Source: Eledone cirrhosa (lineage: Eukaryota). Taken from it: a stretch of DNA of 64,000 bases. Location of the stretch: assembly GCA_964016885.1 (NCBI GenBank), contig OZ024743.1, forward strand, positions 163,184,001 through 163,248,000, read 5' to 3'. The notes under the pieces are model-generated. The model saw only the letters and a list, made by a program, of their open reading frames with translations. It was not told the origin of the DNA and ran no database searches. This document shows positions 11,963 to 25,287 of the stretch, piece by piece (position 1 is the first letter of the stretch; every line of letters starts with the position of its first letter). The position numbers and the translations under genes are program-made.

Positions 11963-14900
11963 ATCATCATCATCATCATCATTTTACGTCCGCTTTTCCC
12001 TGCTTGCAAGGATTGGACGGGTCCTATTCCTTTCAGCACAGCATCTCTCCACTTGTCATGGTCCTTCGTCATCTCCTCGGTGCGTTTCAGCGATCTGAGG
12101 TCTGCTCTCACCACCCCCGCCCATGTTTTTCGTGGTTTACCTCTACTGTTTCTTCCTTCTACTGGGATTTCTTGGCACTTCTTTACCCAGCGGTCATCAT
12201 CCATGCGCATCACATGTCTATACCATCTCAGCCTTCTCTCCTGCACACCACAACTTATCCCTCTTATACCCAGTTTCTTTCTCAGCTCGTCTATGGTCGT
12301 TCATGCACATTGACATTGCACATCCAATGGAGCATACTCGCTTCATTTCTCTCCAGCCGTCGCATATCCTCTGCAGTTGCTGCCCATGTCTCACTACCAT
12401 GCAGCATCGCGCATCTCACACAGGTATCATATAACCATCCTTTCGTGCGCAGGGAGAAACCTTTCTTTGTCAACAGAGGAAGCAGCTCCATAAACTTCTT
12501 CCAACCTGTCCTTATTCTAGATACTATGGCCTCGGAAGATCCCCCTCCCATGCTAATCTGATCACCCAGGTATCAGAAGCTATCAACCACTTCTATAGAA
12601 CCCACTTGCATTGGAAAAAGTGTCTATCTCTGCGATTATTACTGCCAACTTTCCCTGTACATCTACTGCATACGTAGTTTTCCCTACCTGTTAGTTTGCC
12701 TACTATCCCACTACATCTCTTGTGAACCCAAGATCTGCATTGCGTACATTTTATGGAATTTATGCCAGTTCCTTTCCTACATATTGAACATGGCCATTTC
12801 CCCGTTGGAATCAGAGTATTGTCATCCCTTCTATTTATCAACACTTTTGTCTTAGCTATGTTCACTCTCAGTCCTCTTGCTTCCAACTGCTGTTTCCATA
12901 GCCAGAATATATTCTCTAGCTCCTCTACTGATTCTGCTATAAGAACCAGATCATCAGCATAGAGAAGTTCCCATGGGCATCCTCTGTTATGGCTTGGAGG
13001 ACAAGAGCGGGCTGACGAGCGAACCTTGATGTACACCTACTTGTATCTGGAATTCCTCACTAAACGCCATTCCTACTCTCACTTTACACACAGCCCCCAT
13101 GTACATAGATTGCACTGTCCTCACAAGCCATTCATCAACACCCAGCTTCCTTAGGGACCACCAGATGCCAGATCGGGGTACCCTATCAAAGGCCTTCTCT
13201 AGGTCAACAAAAGCTAAGTATAGTGGCTTATTCTTCTCTAAGAAGAGAGCATCTGTTGTACCTTTCCGAGGCACAAAATCAAACAACATCTCATCTAATT
13301 TGACCCTTTCTCTAATCAGTTGCGCTAATATTCTCTCTGCCACTTTCATAACCTGATCCATCAGCTTTATGCCCCTATAATTGCTCCTCTCTACTTAATT
13401 GCTCCCCTTTACTTTTGTAGCAATTTATGAGAATACTGCTGCACCAGTCTTTGGGTATGACACCACCATATATAGCTTGATTGATGATGCGTGCAACCAG
13501 TTTAGTGCCAACTTCTCCTGATGCCTTCAGCATCTCAGCAACTATCCCCGACGGTCCAGTAGCCTTACCATTCTTCATTTCCTTAATTGCCTCTTGTACC
13601 CTATATTCGTCAATCTCAATAGCTGGTCCCTCTGTCGGGTTTACTGGGGGTAATTTCTCTCTCTCCCATTCGTTCTCCACATTCATCAGTCTCTCATAAT
13701 GACATTTCCAGGCCTCCTCTTTCTGATCATTCGTGACACTAAGTACACCGGCATCATTCCGGACACATTTATCTCCAACAACATCCTGATTTGCACTGAC
13801 ACACTGCCTTGCAATGTGGAACACCGCACGTCTCTGATCTTCCCATCGCAGAACACTGGCAAACGTCCTACTCTCAGCCTCCCTGCGTGCTAAGTACACC
13901 TGATATCTAGCTTCTATTTTAGCGGCTGTATATCCTTCTCTACTCCCACCATTTTCCCAAGCCTTCCATGCCAATCTTTTGTTTCTAATGGCCCTATCTA
14001 CTGTGCTGTTCCACCACCAGGTCACTCTCTGTCTGGTTGAAGCTCTGCCCCAACCACAAGTTTCTTCAGTAGCCTGCAGTAAGTTATCACGCAAGAAATT
14101 CCAGTTATCATCTATTTCATATGTCTCTAAATCGTCTTCTTTTTCGTCATACACATCTTGAAGGGCTTACTCAATTTATATTTTAATGAAAAGTCTTTTA
14201 GCTTCCAGACCTTTCTTCTCCACACCTTCCTATATGTCCCATTCTTTCTCATGCTTACTGAGATGTACTAACGACTAACCTATGCTGTGGGGTACATTCT
14301 TCCCCGGGGTATGCCTTGGTATTTGACACCATCTGTCTGTCTCTCTGTCTAACTAGCAGGAAGTCAATCTGGCTTATGTGCTCACCTGATTTGTAGGTTA
14401 TTAGGTGGTTGGTAGGCTTCTGGAAGTTAGTGTTGCAAATGGTTAGTGCATTTGCATCACAAAACTCAAGAAGACTCATTCCTTCATTTCTTGAGCCGTA
14501 ACCGTGCCCAGAATGTACCCCAGTGTATCCATCCTGGAGCTGTCCAACATGTCCATTGAAGTCCCCTGCTAGCATAACAATGTCTCTGTCCTCTGTCATT
14601 GAGGCTGTTTGTAAAAGTTGCTCGTAAAAGCAGTCTTTCTCTTCTTTACCTAGGCCTGCCTGGAGAGCATAGGTAGAGCTGATTGTCAGTAGTCTCTTGC
14701 CTACAACTAACCTAAGCTTAATTATTCTATCACTAACTCTAACTACCTCTATTGTCTTATTGATCCACCTCTCAGCCAGTAATATGCCCACCCCACCTAA
14801 CCCATCATCATTACCCACCCAGAAAAGCTTATAACTACGATGTTTGCCTGCGATTAGTCTTGCAGAGGCACCTCTCCATTTCACCTCTTCCACACATCAC

Positions 14901-15027
14901 ACATCCACATGCCTTCTCTCCAGCATCTCCACTATCTCACCAGATCTACCTGTGAGAGTGCCAACATTAAGTGTGGCAACTCTGAGATGCGATGTCTCGT
15001 TTTTTTTCCTGTTGTGCGATTGCTTGA
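11963..15027 (-). mobile_element. RTE-clade LINE (family A), near full length, frameshifted
   Basis: APE endonuclease (GDFNGHVG, SQIDFLL, QHRLV), RT (DLEKAFD, QGS, YADD), C-terminal GRPRKTW; (TGA)n 3' tail. Confidence 0.92.
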
Positions 15028-15048
15028 TATATATATATATGTATATGT

Positions 15049-15190
<142 letters not shown>

Positions 15191-15217
15191 GTATATGTAT
15201 GTATATGTATATATATA

Positions 15218-16512
15218 TCATCATCATCATCATCATCAACGTTTAACGTCCGTGTTCCACGCTTGCATGGGTTTGGACGGGGGTTTTCCCACTTGAGGCA
15301 AGAGTGATTGTCTTGCTCGCATAGGACTGTCTGGCGGGTTTTCTACGGTTGGATGCCCTTCCTAACACCAACCACATTTACAGTGTGGGGCTGGGAGGTT
15401 TTTACCGTGTTGCCTACATGGCCACATTACAGCGTGGACTGTGTGTTTTTTTGTCGTGACACCTACACGATCTCATTTGTTTCGGCCTGGATGGTGTGGC
15501 ACCAACATAACTTTACATTGAAAGGGGCGGTGTGGATGGGGTGGGGATGGTGGGACGGGGGTGTATTTTGTTAGAGATGCCTACTGACTGTAGTAGGTTT
15601 CACTTTGTATTTAGGTAAGGCGGGTCTTCTCTATTACTGAGTACCGCCAAAGGTCTCGGTCCAGTGACATTGTCTTGGAGAGGTGTAAGTGTGTGAGGTC
15701 GGAATTTATCAGCTCGTCCCAGGTTTTCTGGGTCTGCCTATTCCGTGGCTACCGTCTATCTTTATTGCCCTGCACTTTGTTATACAGCTATCGTCTTTCA
15801 TGCGCATCACGTGACCATACCAACGTAGCCTTATTTCGAGTAAACAACATCTGATCCCTCTTATTTCTAATTTTTTCCTTAGTTCGTTTATGCTTTGCCA
15901 TTCACGTATATTACTATTACACATCCAGCGGAGCATGCAAGCTTCGTTCCTCTCTAGTCTGCGTATATCCTCTGCACACAATGTCCAGGTCTCACTGCCA
16001 TGCAACATTGCTGTTCGTATGCAGGCATCATACAACCTGCCTTACATTTTTAGGGAGAACCCTTTAGCGGCTAATAGTGGTATAAGCTCTCTGAACTTTT
16101 TCCATCCAGTTCTGACTCTACCTACTGTACTTTCAGAGCACCCTCCCCCACTGCTGATTTTGTCACCCACGTAACGGAAGCTGTCCCCTATTTCTATAGA
16201 ACCCTCTGCGCAGTTGAACGAGCTAGTGGGCACTTGCTGCTACTTATTGCACCAGAGCACCGGCCACATGTAAAATCTATGTTCTTAGTTAGCTTACCTG
16301 TGATCCCACTACATCTTTTATGCACCCAAACTTTGCATTTGGGACACAAAATGGAGTTTCTACCTACGCCTTTCCTACACACTGAGCATGGCCATTTCCC
16401 GGAAGGGACCGCCGCCTTATTTTCTTTCTTACAAACTAGAACTTTAGTCTTAGCCAGGTTAATTTTAAGGCCTTTTGATTCTAGGCCGTGCTTCCATGTT
16501 TGGAATTTCTTT
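15218..16512 (-). mobile_element. RTE LINE family B, 5'-truncated
   Basis: PHD-like CxxC...HKRC segment, LHGSETW, RLRWYGHV; long 3'UTR; (TGA)n tail. Confidence 0.9.
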
Positions 16513-16613
16513 ATGTATATATATATATATACTCCAAATACTTGTTGAGTGCTTTATATCAGTTATAAAAATATATGCTTGTTGTATCCCAACAATTTAA
16601 ATAGAACTTTTGC

Positions 16614-16707
<94 letters not shown>

Positions 16708-16720
16708 GTATATATATATA

Positions 16721-16840
<120 letters not shown>

Positions 16841-16975
16841 AATACAAGTCGAAGCTGAAGCATATAGACAATATGCTGGCATACCCTCCCACTGCAAAGT
16901 GGTCGTGGAGGTGTCACGGCATAAAAGCACCCAGCCCACACTGTAAAGTGGACATGTAGGCGCCACAGAAAAAAG

Positions 16976-18535
16976 CATGGGTTTAGACGGGAATTGTCCC
17001 ACTTGAGGCAATATTGGTCGGGAGACCGTGTCTTGCTCGTATAGGACTATCTGGCAGGTTTTCTACGGCTGGATGCCCTTCCTAACACCAACCACGTTTA
17101 CAGTGTGGACTGGGAGGTTTTTACCGTGTTACCTATATGGCCACATTACAGTGTGGACTGTGTTTTTTTGTTGTGACACCTACACGACCTCATTTATTTT
17201 GGAGTGGATGTTGTGGTACCAACATAATCTTACAGAGAGAGGGTGGTGTTGGTGGGGGGGAGTAGGGGTAGTGGATTGGGGATGTATATTTGGTTAAGAG
17301 GTGCCTACAGTCTGTAGGTTTCGCTATGTACATAAGGAAGGCAGGTCTTCTATATTACTGCATAGCGCTAAAGATCTCGGTCCAGCGACATTGTCTTAGA
17401 GAGGAGTAAGTGTGTAAGGTCGGAATTTCGTCCCAGGTTTTTCTGGGTCTACCTACTCTGTAACTTCCATCAATTTTGATCGCCCTACACTTTTTATATA
17501 GCTATCGTCTTTCATGTGCATCACGTGACTATACCAACCCAGTCTTCTCTCGAGTAAACAGCATCTGATCTCTCTTATTCCTAATTTCTCACTTAGTTCA
17601 TTTATGTTTTGCCGTTCGCGTATATTACTATTACACATCCAACGGAGCATGCATGCTTCGTTCCTCTCCAGTCTGCGCAGGTCCTCTGCACACAATGCCC
17701 AAGTCTCACTGCCATGTAACATTGCTGTTCGTATGCACGCATCATACAATCTGCCTTTCATTTTTAGAGAGAAACCTTAGTGGCCAATAGTGGTATAAGC
17801 TCTCTGAACTTTTTCCATCCCGTTTTGACTCTGGCTACTGTACTTTCAGAGCACTCTCCACCACTGCTGATCTTGTCACTCAGGTAACGGAAGGTGTCCA
17901 CTATTTCTATAGAACAATCTGGGCAATAGAAGGAGCTAGTATCCTGTGGGCTACTTATTGCACCTGAGCATCGGCCACATATAAAATCTAGGTTCTTAGA
18001 TAGCTTACCAGTGATCCCACTACATCTTTGCATTCGGGACATAAAATGGAATTTCTACCTACTCCTTTCATACACACTGAGCATGTCCATTTCCCAGAGG
18101 AGACCTGTGCCCTATTTTCCTTTCTACATACCGAACTTTAGTCTGAGACAAGTCAACTTTAAGGCCTTTTGATTCTAGGCCATGCTTCCAGGTTTGGAAT
18201 TTCTTCTCTAGTTCAGCCATCGATTCAGCTATGAGAGTTAGATCATCAGTGTATAGAAGTTCCCATGGGCAGCCGGTCTTGAACTCCTCTGTTATAGCCT
18301 GAAGGGCAATAATAAATAGGAGGGAGCTAAGGACAGAGCCTTGATGAACACCAACTTTTGCGCTAAATTCTTCACTATATTCGTTGTTATTTCTAACCTT
18401 GCTGACTGTTTCTTTATACATGGCTTGTATAGCTCTCACAAGCCATTCATCAACACCTAGTTTTCTAAGAGTCCACCAGATAATGGAGCGGGGGACTCTG
18501 TCAAAGGCTTTCTCCAAGTCAACAAAAGCTAAGTA
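16976..18535 (-). mobile_element. RTE LINE family B, 5'-truncated
   Basis: LAFVDLEKAFDRVPR...LLYTDDL, LHGSETW; shares its 3'UTR with the 15218 copy. Confidence 0.9.
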
Positions 18536-18960
18536 TTTAAAAGACGCAATGTTTAGACAAATCACAGATGCAATAAACATAAATGAACTCCAACCAAAAT
18601 TAAATAGAAAACATGAATGGAACAGCAACATCAGAACTTACAATTAAGGACAAAATGAAAACACACACACACATAGAACAAACAACAAACCAGTAACATG
18701 TAAATAAACAAATAAATAAACAAATATAAACACACACAGACACCCGGATGTAACACATGCGCAAACTAAGCACACAACACACACAAAAACAAGATGGCGT
18801 AGGACAGAACAAAGGAGAGGCACAAAAACAAAGAAAAGAATCACCAGTCACTGAAGAGGTCACAGAATGTGTGACGAAAGAACTTTGACAATATATGAAC
18901 AATCGTCTGGTTCTGGAACCAACCAACCGGAAATTTATAAATTCCTAAATTTATAAATTT
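18533..18960 (+). mobile_element. Penelope-like element 3' end (GIY-YIG C-terminus + pLTR)
   Basis: YLKDAMFRQITDAININELQPKLNRKHEWNSNIRTYN* resembles the PLE C-terminal R.I.EA..I.....LN.K.E motif; followed by CA-rich UTR and a hammerhead. Confidence 0.65.
18847..18889 (+). ncRNA. Minimal type I hammerhead ribozyme-like motif
   Basis: GTCA CTGAAGA G GTCACA GAATG TGTGAC GAA AG AA CT T TGAC. Confidence 0.65.
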
Positions 18961-19033
18961 AATTTATAATAAATTGAAGTGAAAGCAACTGGTGCGTGTG
19001 TTTCTTATTGGCAACATGACCCTCCTAAAACAT

Positions 19034-19094
<61 letters not shown>

Positions 19095-19095
<1 letters not shown>

Positions 19096-20084
19096 CTTAT
19101 ACCACTATTAGCCGCTAGAGGGTTCTCCCTAAAAATGAAAGGCAGGTTATACGATGCCTGCATACGAACAGCAATGCTGCATGGCAGTGAGACCTGGGCA
19201 TTGTGTGCAGAGGATATACGCAGACTAGAGAGGAACGAAGCTTGCATGCTCCACTGGATGTGCAATAGTAATATACGTGAACGGCAAAGCATAAACGAAC
19301 TAAGGAAAAAATTAGAAATAAGAGGGATCAGATGTTGTTTACTCGAGAGAAGGCTACGTTGGTATGGTCACGTGATGCGCATGAAAGACGACAGCTGTAT
19401 AACAAAGTGCAGGGCAATAAAGATAGACGGTAGCCACGGAGTAGGCAGACCCAGAAAAACATGGGACGAGCTGATAAATTCCGACCTCACACGCTTACAC
19501 CTCTCCAAGACAGTGTCACTGGACCGAGACCTTTGGCGGTACTCAGTAATAGAGAAGACCCGCCTTACCTAAATACAAAGTAAAAACCTACTACAGTCAG
19601 TAGGCATCTCTATCAAAACACACCCCCGTCCCACCACCTCCACCCCATCCACACCGCCCCTTTCAATGTAAAGTTATGTTGGTCCCACAACATCCAGGCC
19701 GAAACAAATGAGATCGTGTAGGTGTCACGACAAAAAAACACACAGTCCACGCTGTAAATGTGGCCGTGTAGGCAACACGGTAAAAACCTCCCAGCCCCAC
19801 ACTGTAAATGTGGTTGGTGTTAGGAAGGGCATCCAGCTGTAGAAAACCCGCCAGACAGTCCACGCTGTAATGTGGCCGTGTAGGCAACACGGTAAAAACC
19901 TCCCAGACCCACACTGTAAATGTGGTTGGTGTTAGGAAGGGCATCCAACTGTAGAAAACCTGCCAGACAGTCCTATGCGAGCAAGACAATCACTCTTGCC
20001 TCAAGTGGGAAAACCCCCGTCCAAACCCATGCAAGCGTGGAACACGGACGCTAAACCTGATGATGATGATGATGATGATGATGA
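19095..20084 (+). mobile_element. RTE LINE family B 3' fragment
   Basis: ORF 19135-19572 is the RTE C-terminus; near-identical inverted counterpart of 15218-16090; internal ~113-nt tandem duplication in the 3'UTR. Confidence 0.9.
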
Positions 20085-20314
20085 TATATATATAAAGATA
20101 TATAGGTATATGTATAGGTAAATATATATATATGTATATGTATGTATATATATATATATATATGTATATACATATGTATAGGAATGTATATATATGTATG
20201 TATATGTATATATATGTATATGTATGTATATATTTATATGTATATGTATGTGTATATATATATATATGTATGTATATATATATGTATATGTATGTATATA
20301 TATATATATATAAT

Positions 20315-21263
20315 TGCGTTATCAATAATACAGTGAAAAAACCACCAGTGTATGGAATCTATAACCTATGAAAGGCAGACTATAGACACGATAATTAAAA
20401 ATATAAATTAAAGCGTAAATAAATACCTATATAACTATATAACACATGTACAAATCCAAAGATATGTTTCACCAGTAATTTGTTGAAAGAAATGGTCTAG
20501 TCTCGGTTCATCAGCGTGTGTAAGGCCATACATTTCAGACAACATTAAGAGAATTTTAAAATTGACTGTCCACCTACACGTGGGAGAGAGAAGTCACAAC
20601 GTGTTTAAGGGCAGGGAACCAGTGGCCTCTGAGGGACGAACTGCTAGAAAGGGCAGCCCAAAGCCACTCAGAGAAGTGTGCTCAACCAAACAGAGATAGG
20701 AAAGACTATTATTAGGAGCAAAATATCACGATAAATGAACGGAGGCATAGGCCCTCGCTATTCCCTGTAAATAATGTGCTCAAAGGAGAACAGATCCTGA
20801 GCTCTTTAAAATACAATATGTTGAGAAGGTAACACACCAGAGAGAGATATACAGTGCGTTATCAATAATACTGGGAAAAAACTACCAGTGTATGGAATCT
20901 ATAACCTATGAAAGGCAGACTATAGACACGATAATTAAAAATATAAATTAAAGCGTGTGTTACCTTTTCAACATATTGTATTTTAAAGAGCTCAGGATCT
21001 CTTCTCCTTTGAGCACATTATTTACAGGGAATAGCGTTAATTTATCATGATATTTCGCTCCTAATAACAGTCTTTCCTATCTCTGTTTGGTTGAGCACAC
21101 TTCTCTGAGTGGCTTTGAGCTGCCCTTTCTAGCAGTTCGTCCCTCAGAGGCCACTGGTTCACTGCCCTTAAACACGCTGTGACTTCTCTCTCCCACGTGT
21201 AGGTGGACAGTCAATTTTAAAATTCTCTTAGTGTTGTCTGAAATGTATGGCCTTACACACGCT
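20315..21263. repeat. Tandem plus inverted repeat array (PLE pLTR-like)
   Basis: Direct repeat 20315-20416 / 20855-20956; inverted repeat 20513-20837 / 20955-21263; minus-strand CTGATGA-ACC...GGT-GAAACATATC core at ~20460-20514. Confidence 0.8.
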
Positions 21264-21902
21264 TAATAATAACATTCGATTCGTTTGCAATTATGCAAAC
21301 AAGCCTCAATTTTATAGCCATGTTCACATGCCAACACAAGAGCAAGAATGAAGTGTTCATTCTACTGACATGGCTATAAAATTGAGGCTTGTTTGCATAA
21401 TTGCAAACGAATTGAATATTATTATTAATATTCGAAAAACTCAGATTACATTTATTGTATTCAGCCATGTAGAGCGAAATTTTCTTTTTATTTGTATTTG
21501 GTAAAGCTGGTCATTTATCGCTCGAATACAGGAAAATGACTGGCCAGTCTACTGGTATGCAAATCTGGCTGATCAGTGGATCTGTTAACATGCAGAGCTG
21601 ACTATCAGCCAGTCTGCTAATATGCAAATCAGGCCGATCAGTCAGTGTATTTTTGAAAATAGCATATATTTTCACTAGCTCTGACTGTTTGGCAGGTGAA
21701 CAGTGAGCTGTACTGATGAAGGGTGATACCCAGAAACATTAGTGTCTGCAATTCTGTTTGCATGCCAACACAAGAGCAAAATGAAGTGTTCATTCTACTG
21801 ACATGGCTATAAAATTGAGGCTTGTTTGCATAATTGCAAATGAATCGAATGTTATTATTAATATTCGAAAAACTCAGATTACATTTATTGTATTCAGCCA
21901 TC
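21264..21902 (+). repeat. pLTR/retrozyme-like repeat, partial tandem with 5' inversion
   Basis: 21327-21468 repeated at 21761-21902; 21264-21323 is an inverted copy of 21368-21429; homologous to 31500-31810. Confidence 0.75.
21699..21758 (+). ncRNA. Type I hammerhead ribozyme-like motif (GUC site after 21746)
   Basis: GAGCTGTA CTGATGA A GGGT GAT ACCC A GAAAC A TTAG T GTC TGCAATTC. Confidence 0.72.
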
Positions 21903-24900
21903 ATTGTCATTTTACGTCCGCTTTTCCCTGCTTGCAAGGGTGGGACGGGTCCTATTCAGCACAGCATCTCTCCACTTGGCACAGTCCTTCGTCATCTCCT
22001 CGGTGCGTTTCAGCAATCTGAGGTCTGCTCTCACCACCTCCGCCCATGTTTTTCGTGGTCTACCTCTACTGCGTCTTCCTTCTACTGGGATTTCTTGGCA
22101 CTTCTTTACCCAGTGGTCATCCTTCATGTGCAACACATGTCCATACCATCTCAGCCTTCTCTCCTGCACACCACAACTTATCCCTCTTATACCCAGTTTC
22201 TTTCTCAACTCGTCTATGCTTGCTCGTTCACTCACATTGACATTGCACATCCAGCGAAGCATACTTGCTTCATTTCTCTCCAACCATCGCATATCTTCTG
22301 TAGTTGCTGCCCATGTCTCAGTACCATGCAGCATCGCGCATCTCACACAGCCATTATATAACCGTCCTTTTGTACGCAGGGAGAAAACCTTCTTTGTCAA
22401 CAGAGGAAGCAGCTCCCTAAACTTCTTCCAATCCGTCCTTATTCTAGATACTATGGCCTCGGAACACCCCACCCTCCCATGCTAATCTGATCTCCTAGGT
22501 ATTGGAAGCTATCCACCACTTCTATAGAACCCTCCTGTATTGGAAAAATGAGTCTATCACAGCGATTACTACTGCCAACTTTCCTTGTACATCTACTGCA
22601 TACATAGTTTTCCCTACCTATTAGTTAGCCTGCTATCCTGCTACATCTCTTGTGTACCCAAGATCTGCATTACGTACATTTTATAGAATTTATGCCAGCT
22701 CCTTTCCTACATATCGAACATGGCCATTTCCCTGATGGAATCAGAGTATTGACCTCTCTTCTGATTATCAACACTTTTGTTTTAGTTAGGTTCACTCTCA
22801 GTCCTCTTGCTTCCAACTGCTGTTTCCATAACCAGAATTTATTCTCTAGCTCCTCTACTGATTCTGCTATAAGAACCAGATCATCAGCATAGAGAAGTTC
22901 CCATGGACAGCCAGTCTTAAACTCCTCTGTTATGGCTTGGAGGACTATAATGAACAAGAGCGGGCTGCGGACCGAACCTTGATGTACTCCTACTTGTATC
23001 TGGAATTCCTCACTAAACTCAATTCCTACCCTGACTTTACTGACAGTACCTCTGTACAAAGTTTGCACTGTCCTCACAAGCCATTCCTCAACACCTAGTT
23101 TCCTTAGGGACCACCAGAGAACAGATCGGGGTACCCTATCAAAGGCCTTCTCTAGGTCAACCAAGGCTAAGTATAGTGGCTTATTTTTCTCTAAGAACCT
23201 CTCTTGCAATTGTCTCACCAAGAAGAGGGCACCTGTTGTACTCTTCCCAGGCACAAAACCAAACTGCATCTCATCTAGTTTGACCCTTTCTCTAATTAGT
23301 TGTGCTAATATCCTTTCTGCCACTTTCATAACCTGATCTATCAGCTTTATGCCTCTATAATTGCTCCTCTCTAGAGCATCCCCTTTACATTTGTAACAAC
23401 TTATGAGAATACTGCTGCACCAGTCTTTGGGTATGACACCACCATATATAGCCTGATTGATAATGCGTGCAACCAGTTTAGTCAACCTCTGATGCCTTCA
23501 GCATCTCAGCAACTATCTCCGATGGTCCAGCAGCCTTACCATTTTTCATTTTCTTAATCGCCTCTTGGACCCTATATTCGTCAATCTCAATAGCCGGTCC
23601 CTCTGTCGGCTCTACTGAGGGTAATTTCTCTCTCTCCCATTCGTTCTCCACATTCATCAGTCTCTCATAATGACATTTCCAGGCCTCCTCTTTCTGATCA
23701 TTTGTGACACTAAGTACACTGGCATCATTCCGGACACATTTATCTCCAACAACATCCTGATTTGCGTTGATACACTGCCTAGCAATGTGGAACACCGCAC
23801 ACCTCTGATCTTCCCGTCGCAGAACATTGGCAAACGTCCTACTCTCTGCCTCCCTGCGTGCTAAGTACACCTGATGTCTAGCTTCTCTCTTAGCGGCTGT
23901 ATATCCTTCTCTACTCCCACCCTTTTTCCAAGCCTTCCATGCTAGTCTTTTGTCTCTAATGGCCTTATCTACTGTGCTGTTCCACCACCAGGTCACTCTC
24001 TGTCTGGTTGGAGCTTTGCTCTAGCCACAAGTTTCATCACTAGCCTGCAGTAAGTTGTCACATAAGAAATTCCAGTTATTATCTATGTCATATGTCTCTA
24101 AATCGTCTTCTTTTTCGTCATACACATCTTGAAGGGCTTTCCTAAATTTGTATTTTAGTGAAAGGTCTTTTAGCTTCCAGACCTTTCTTCTCCACACCTT
24201 CCTGTATGTCCCATTCCATCTCTTGCTTACTGAGATATCACTAACGACTAACCTATGCTGTGGGGTACATTCTTCCCCAGGGTATGCCTTGGTATTAGAC
24301 ACTATCTGCCTGTCCCGCTGCCTCACTAGTAAGAAGTCAATCTGGCTTATGTGCTCGCCAGATTTGTAGGTTATTAGGTGGTTGGCAGGTTTCTGGAAGT
24401 TAGTGTTGCAAATAGTCAGTGTACTTGCATCACAAAATTCAAGAAGTATCATTCTTTCTTCATTTCTTGAGCCGTAACCGTGCCCACCATGTATCCCAGT
24501 GTAACCATCCTGGAGCTGTCCAACATGACCATTGAAGTCCCCTGCTAGCAGAATGATGTCTCCGTCCTCTGTCATTGCGGTTGTTTGTAAAAGCAGACTT
24601 TCTCTTCTTTGCTTAGGCCTGCTTGGGGAACATAGACAGAGATAATTGTCAGTAGTCTCCTACCTAGAACTAATCTAAGCTTAATTATTCGATTACTAAC
24701 TCAACTACCTCTATTGTCTTATTGATCCACCTCTCAGCCAGGAAAATGCCTACTCCCCCTAACCCATCATCTTTACCTACCCAGAAAAGCTTATAACTAA
24801 GATGTTTGCCTACGACTAGTCTCGCAGACACCTCTTGCACGCAGCACACATCCACATGCCTTCTCTCCAGCATCTCCGCTATCTCACCAGATCTACCTGT

Positions 24901-24962
24901 TAGAGTGCAACATTACGTGTTGCAACTCTGAGATGCGACGTCTTCATATTTTGTTGTTCCTG
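21900..24962 (-). mobile_element. RTE-clade LINE (family A), near full length, frameshifted
   Basis: APE and RT ORF pieces (22670-23485 with YADD); high similarity to 11963-15027. Confidence 0.92.
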
Positions 24963-25243
24963 TGCTAATAATAGTTTTGGCATTGATACACTGGTTGGAT
25001 GCCCTTCCTAACACCAGTGCCACTTTACAGCATGGACCGGGTGCTTTTATTTGTGCCACCAGCACTAGAGAGGATGTCTTACTAGACTCAAGGGCCCTCT
25101 CTACCCCTCCATTTTACAGCATGGTCATAAAAAAAATCCCACTTATTGACAGTCACGGCACACACACACACTCACACACCAACACTCATGCATACAAACT
25201 ACAAACACACACGCCACTCACACACCAACACTCATGCATACAA

Positions 25244-25287
<44 letters not shown>

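Noticed and set aside
12004-12561. Long plus-strand ORFs opposite RTE elements (also 21834-22485)
   Set aside because: Antisense shadows of the LINE coding sequence.
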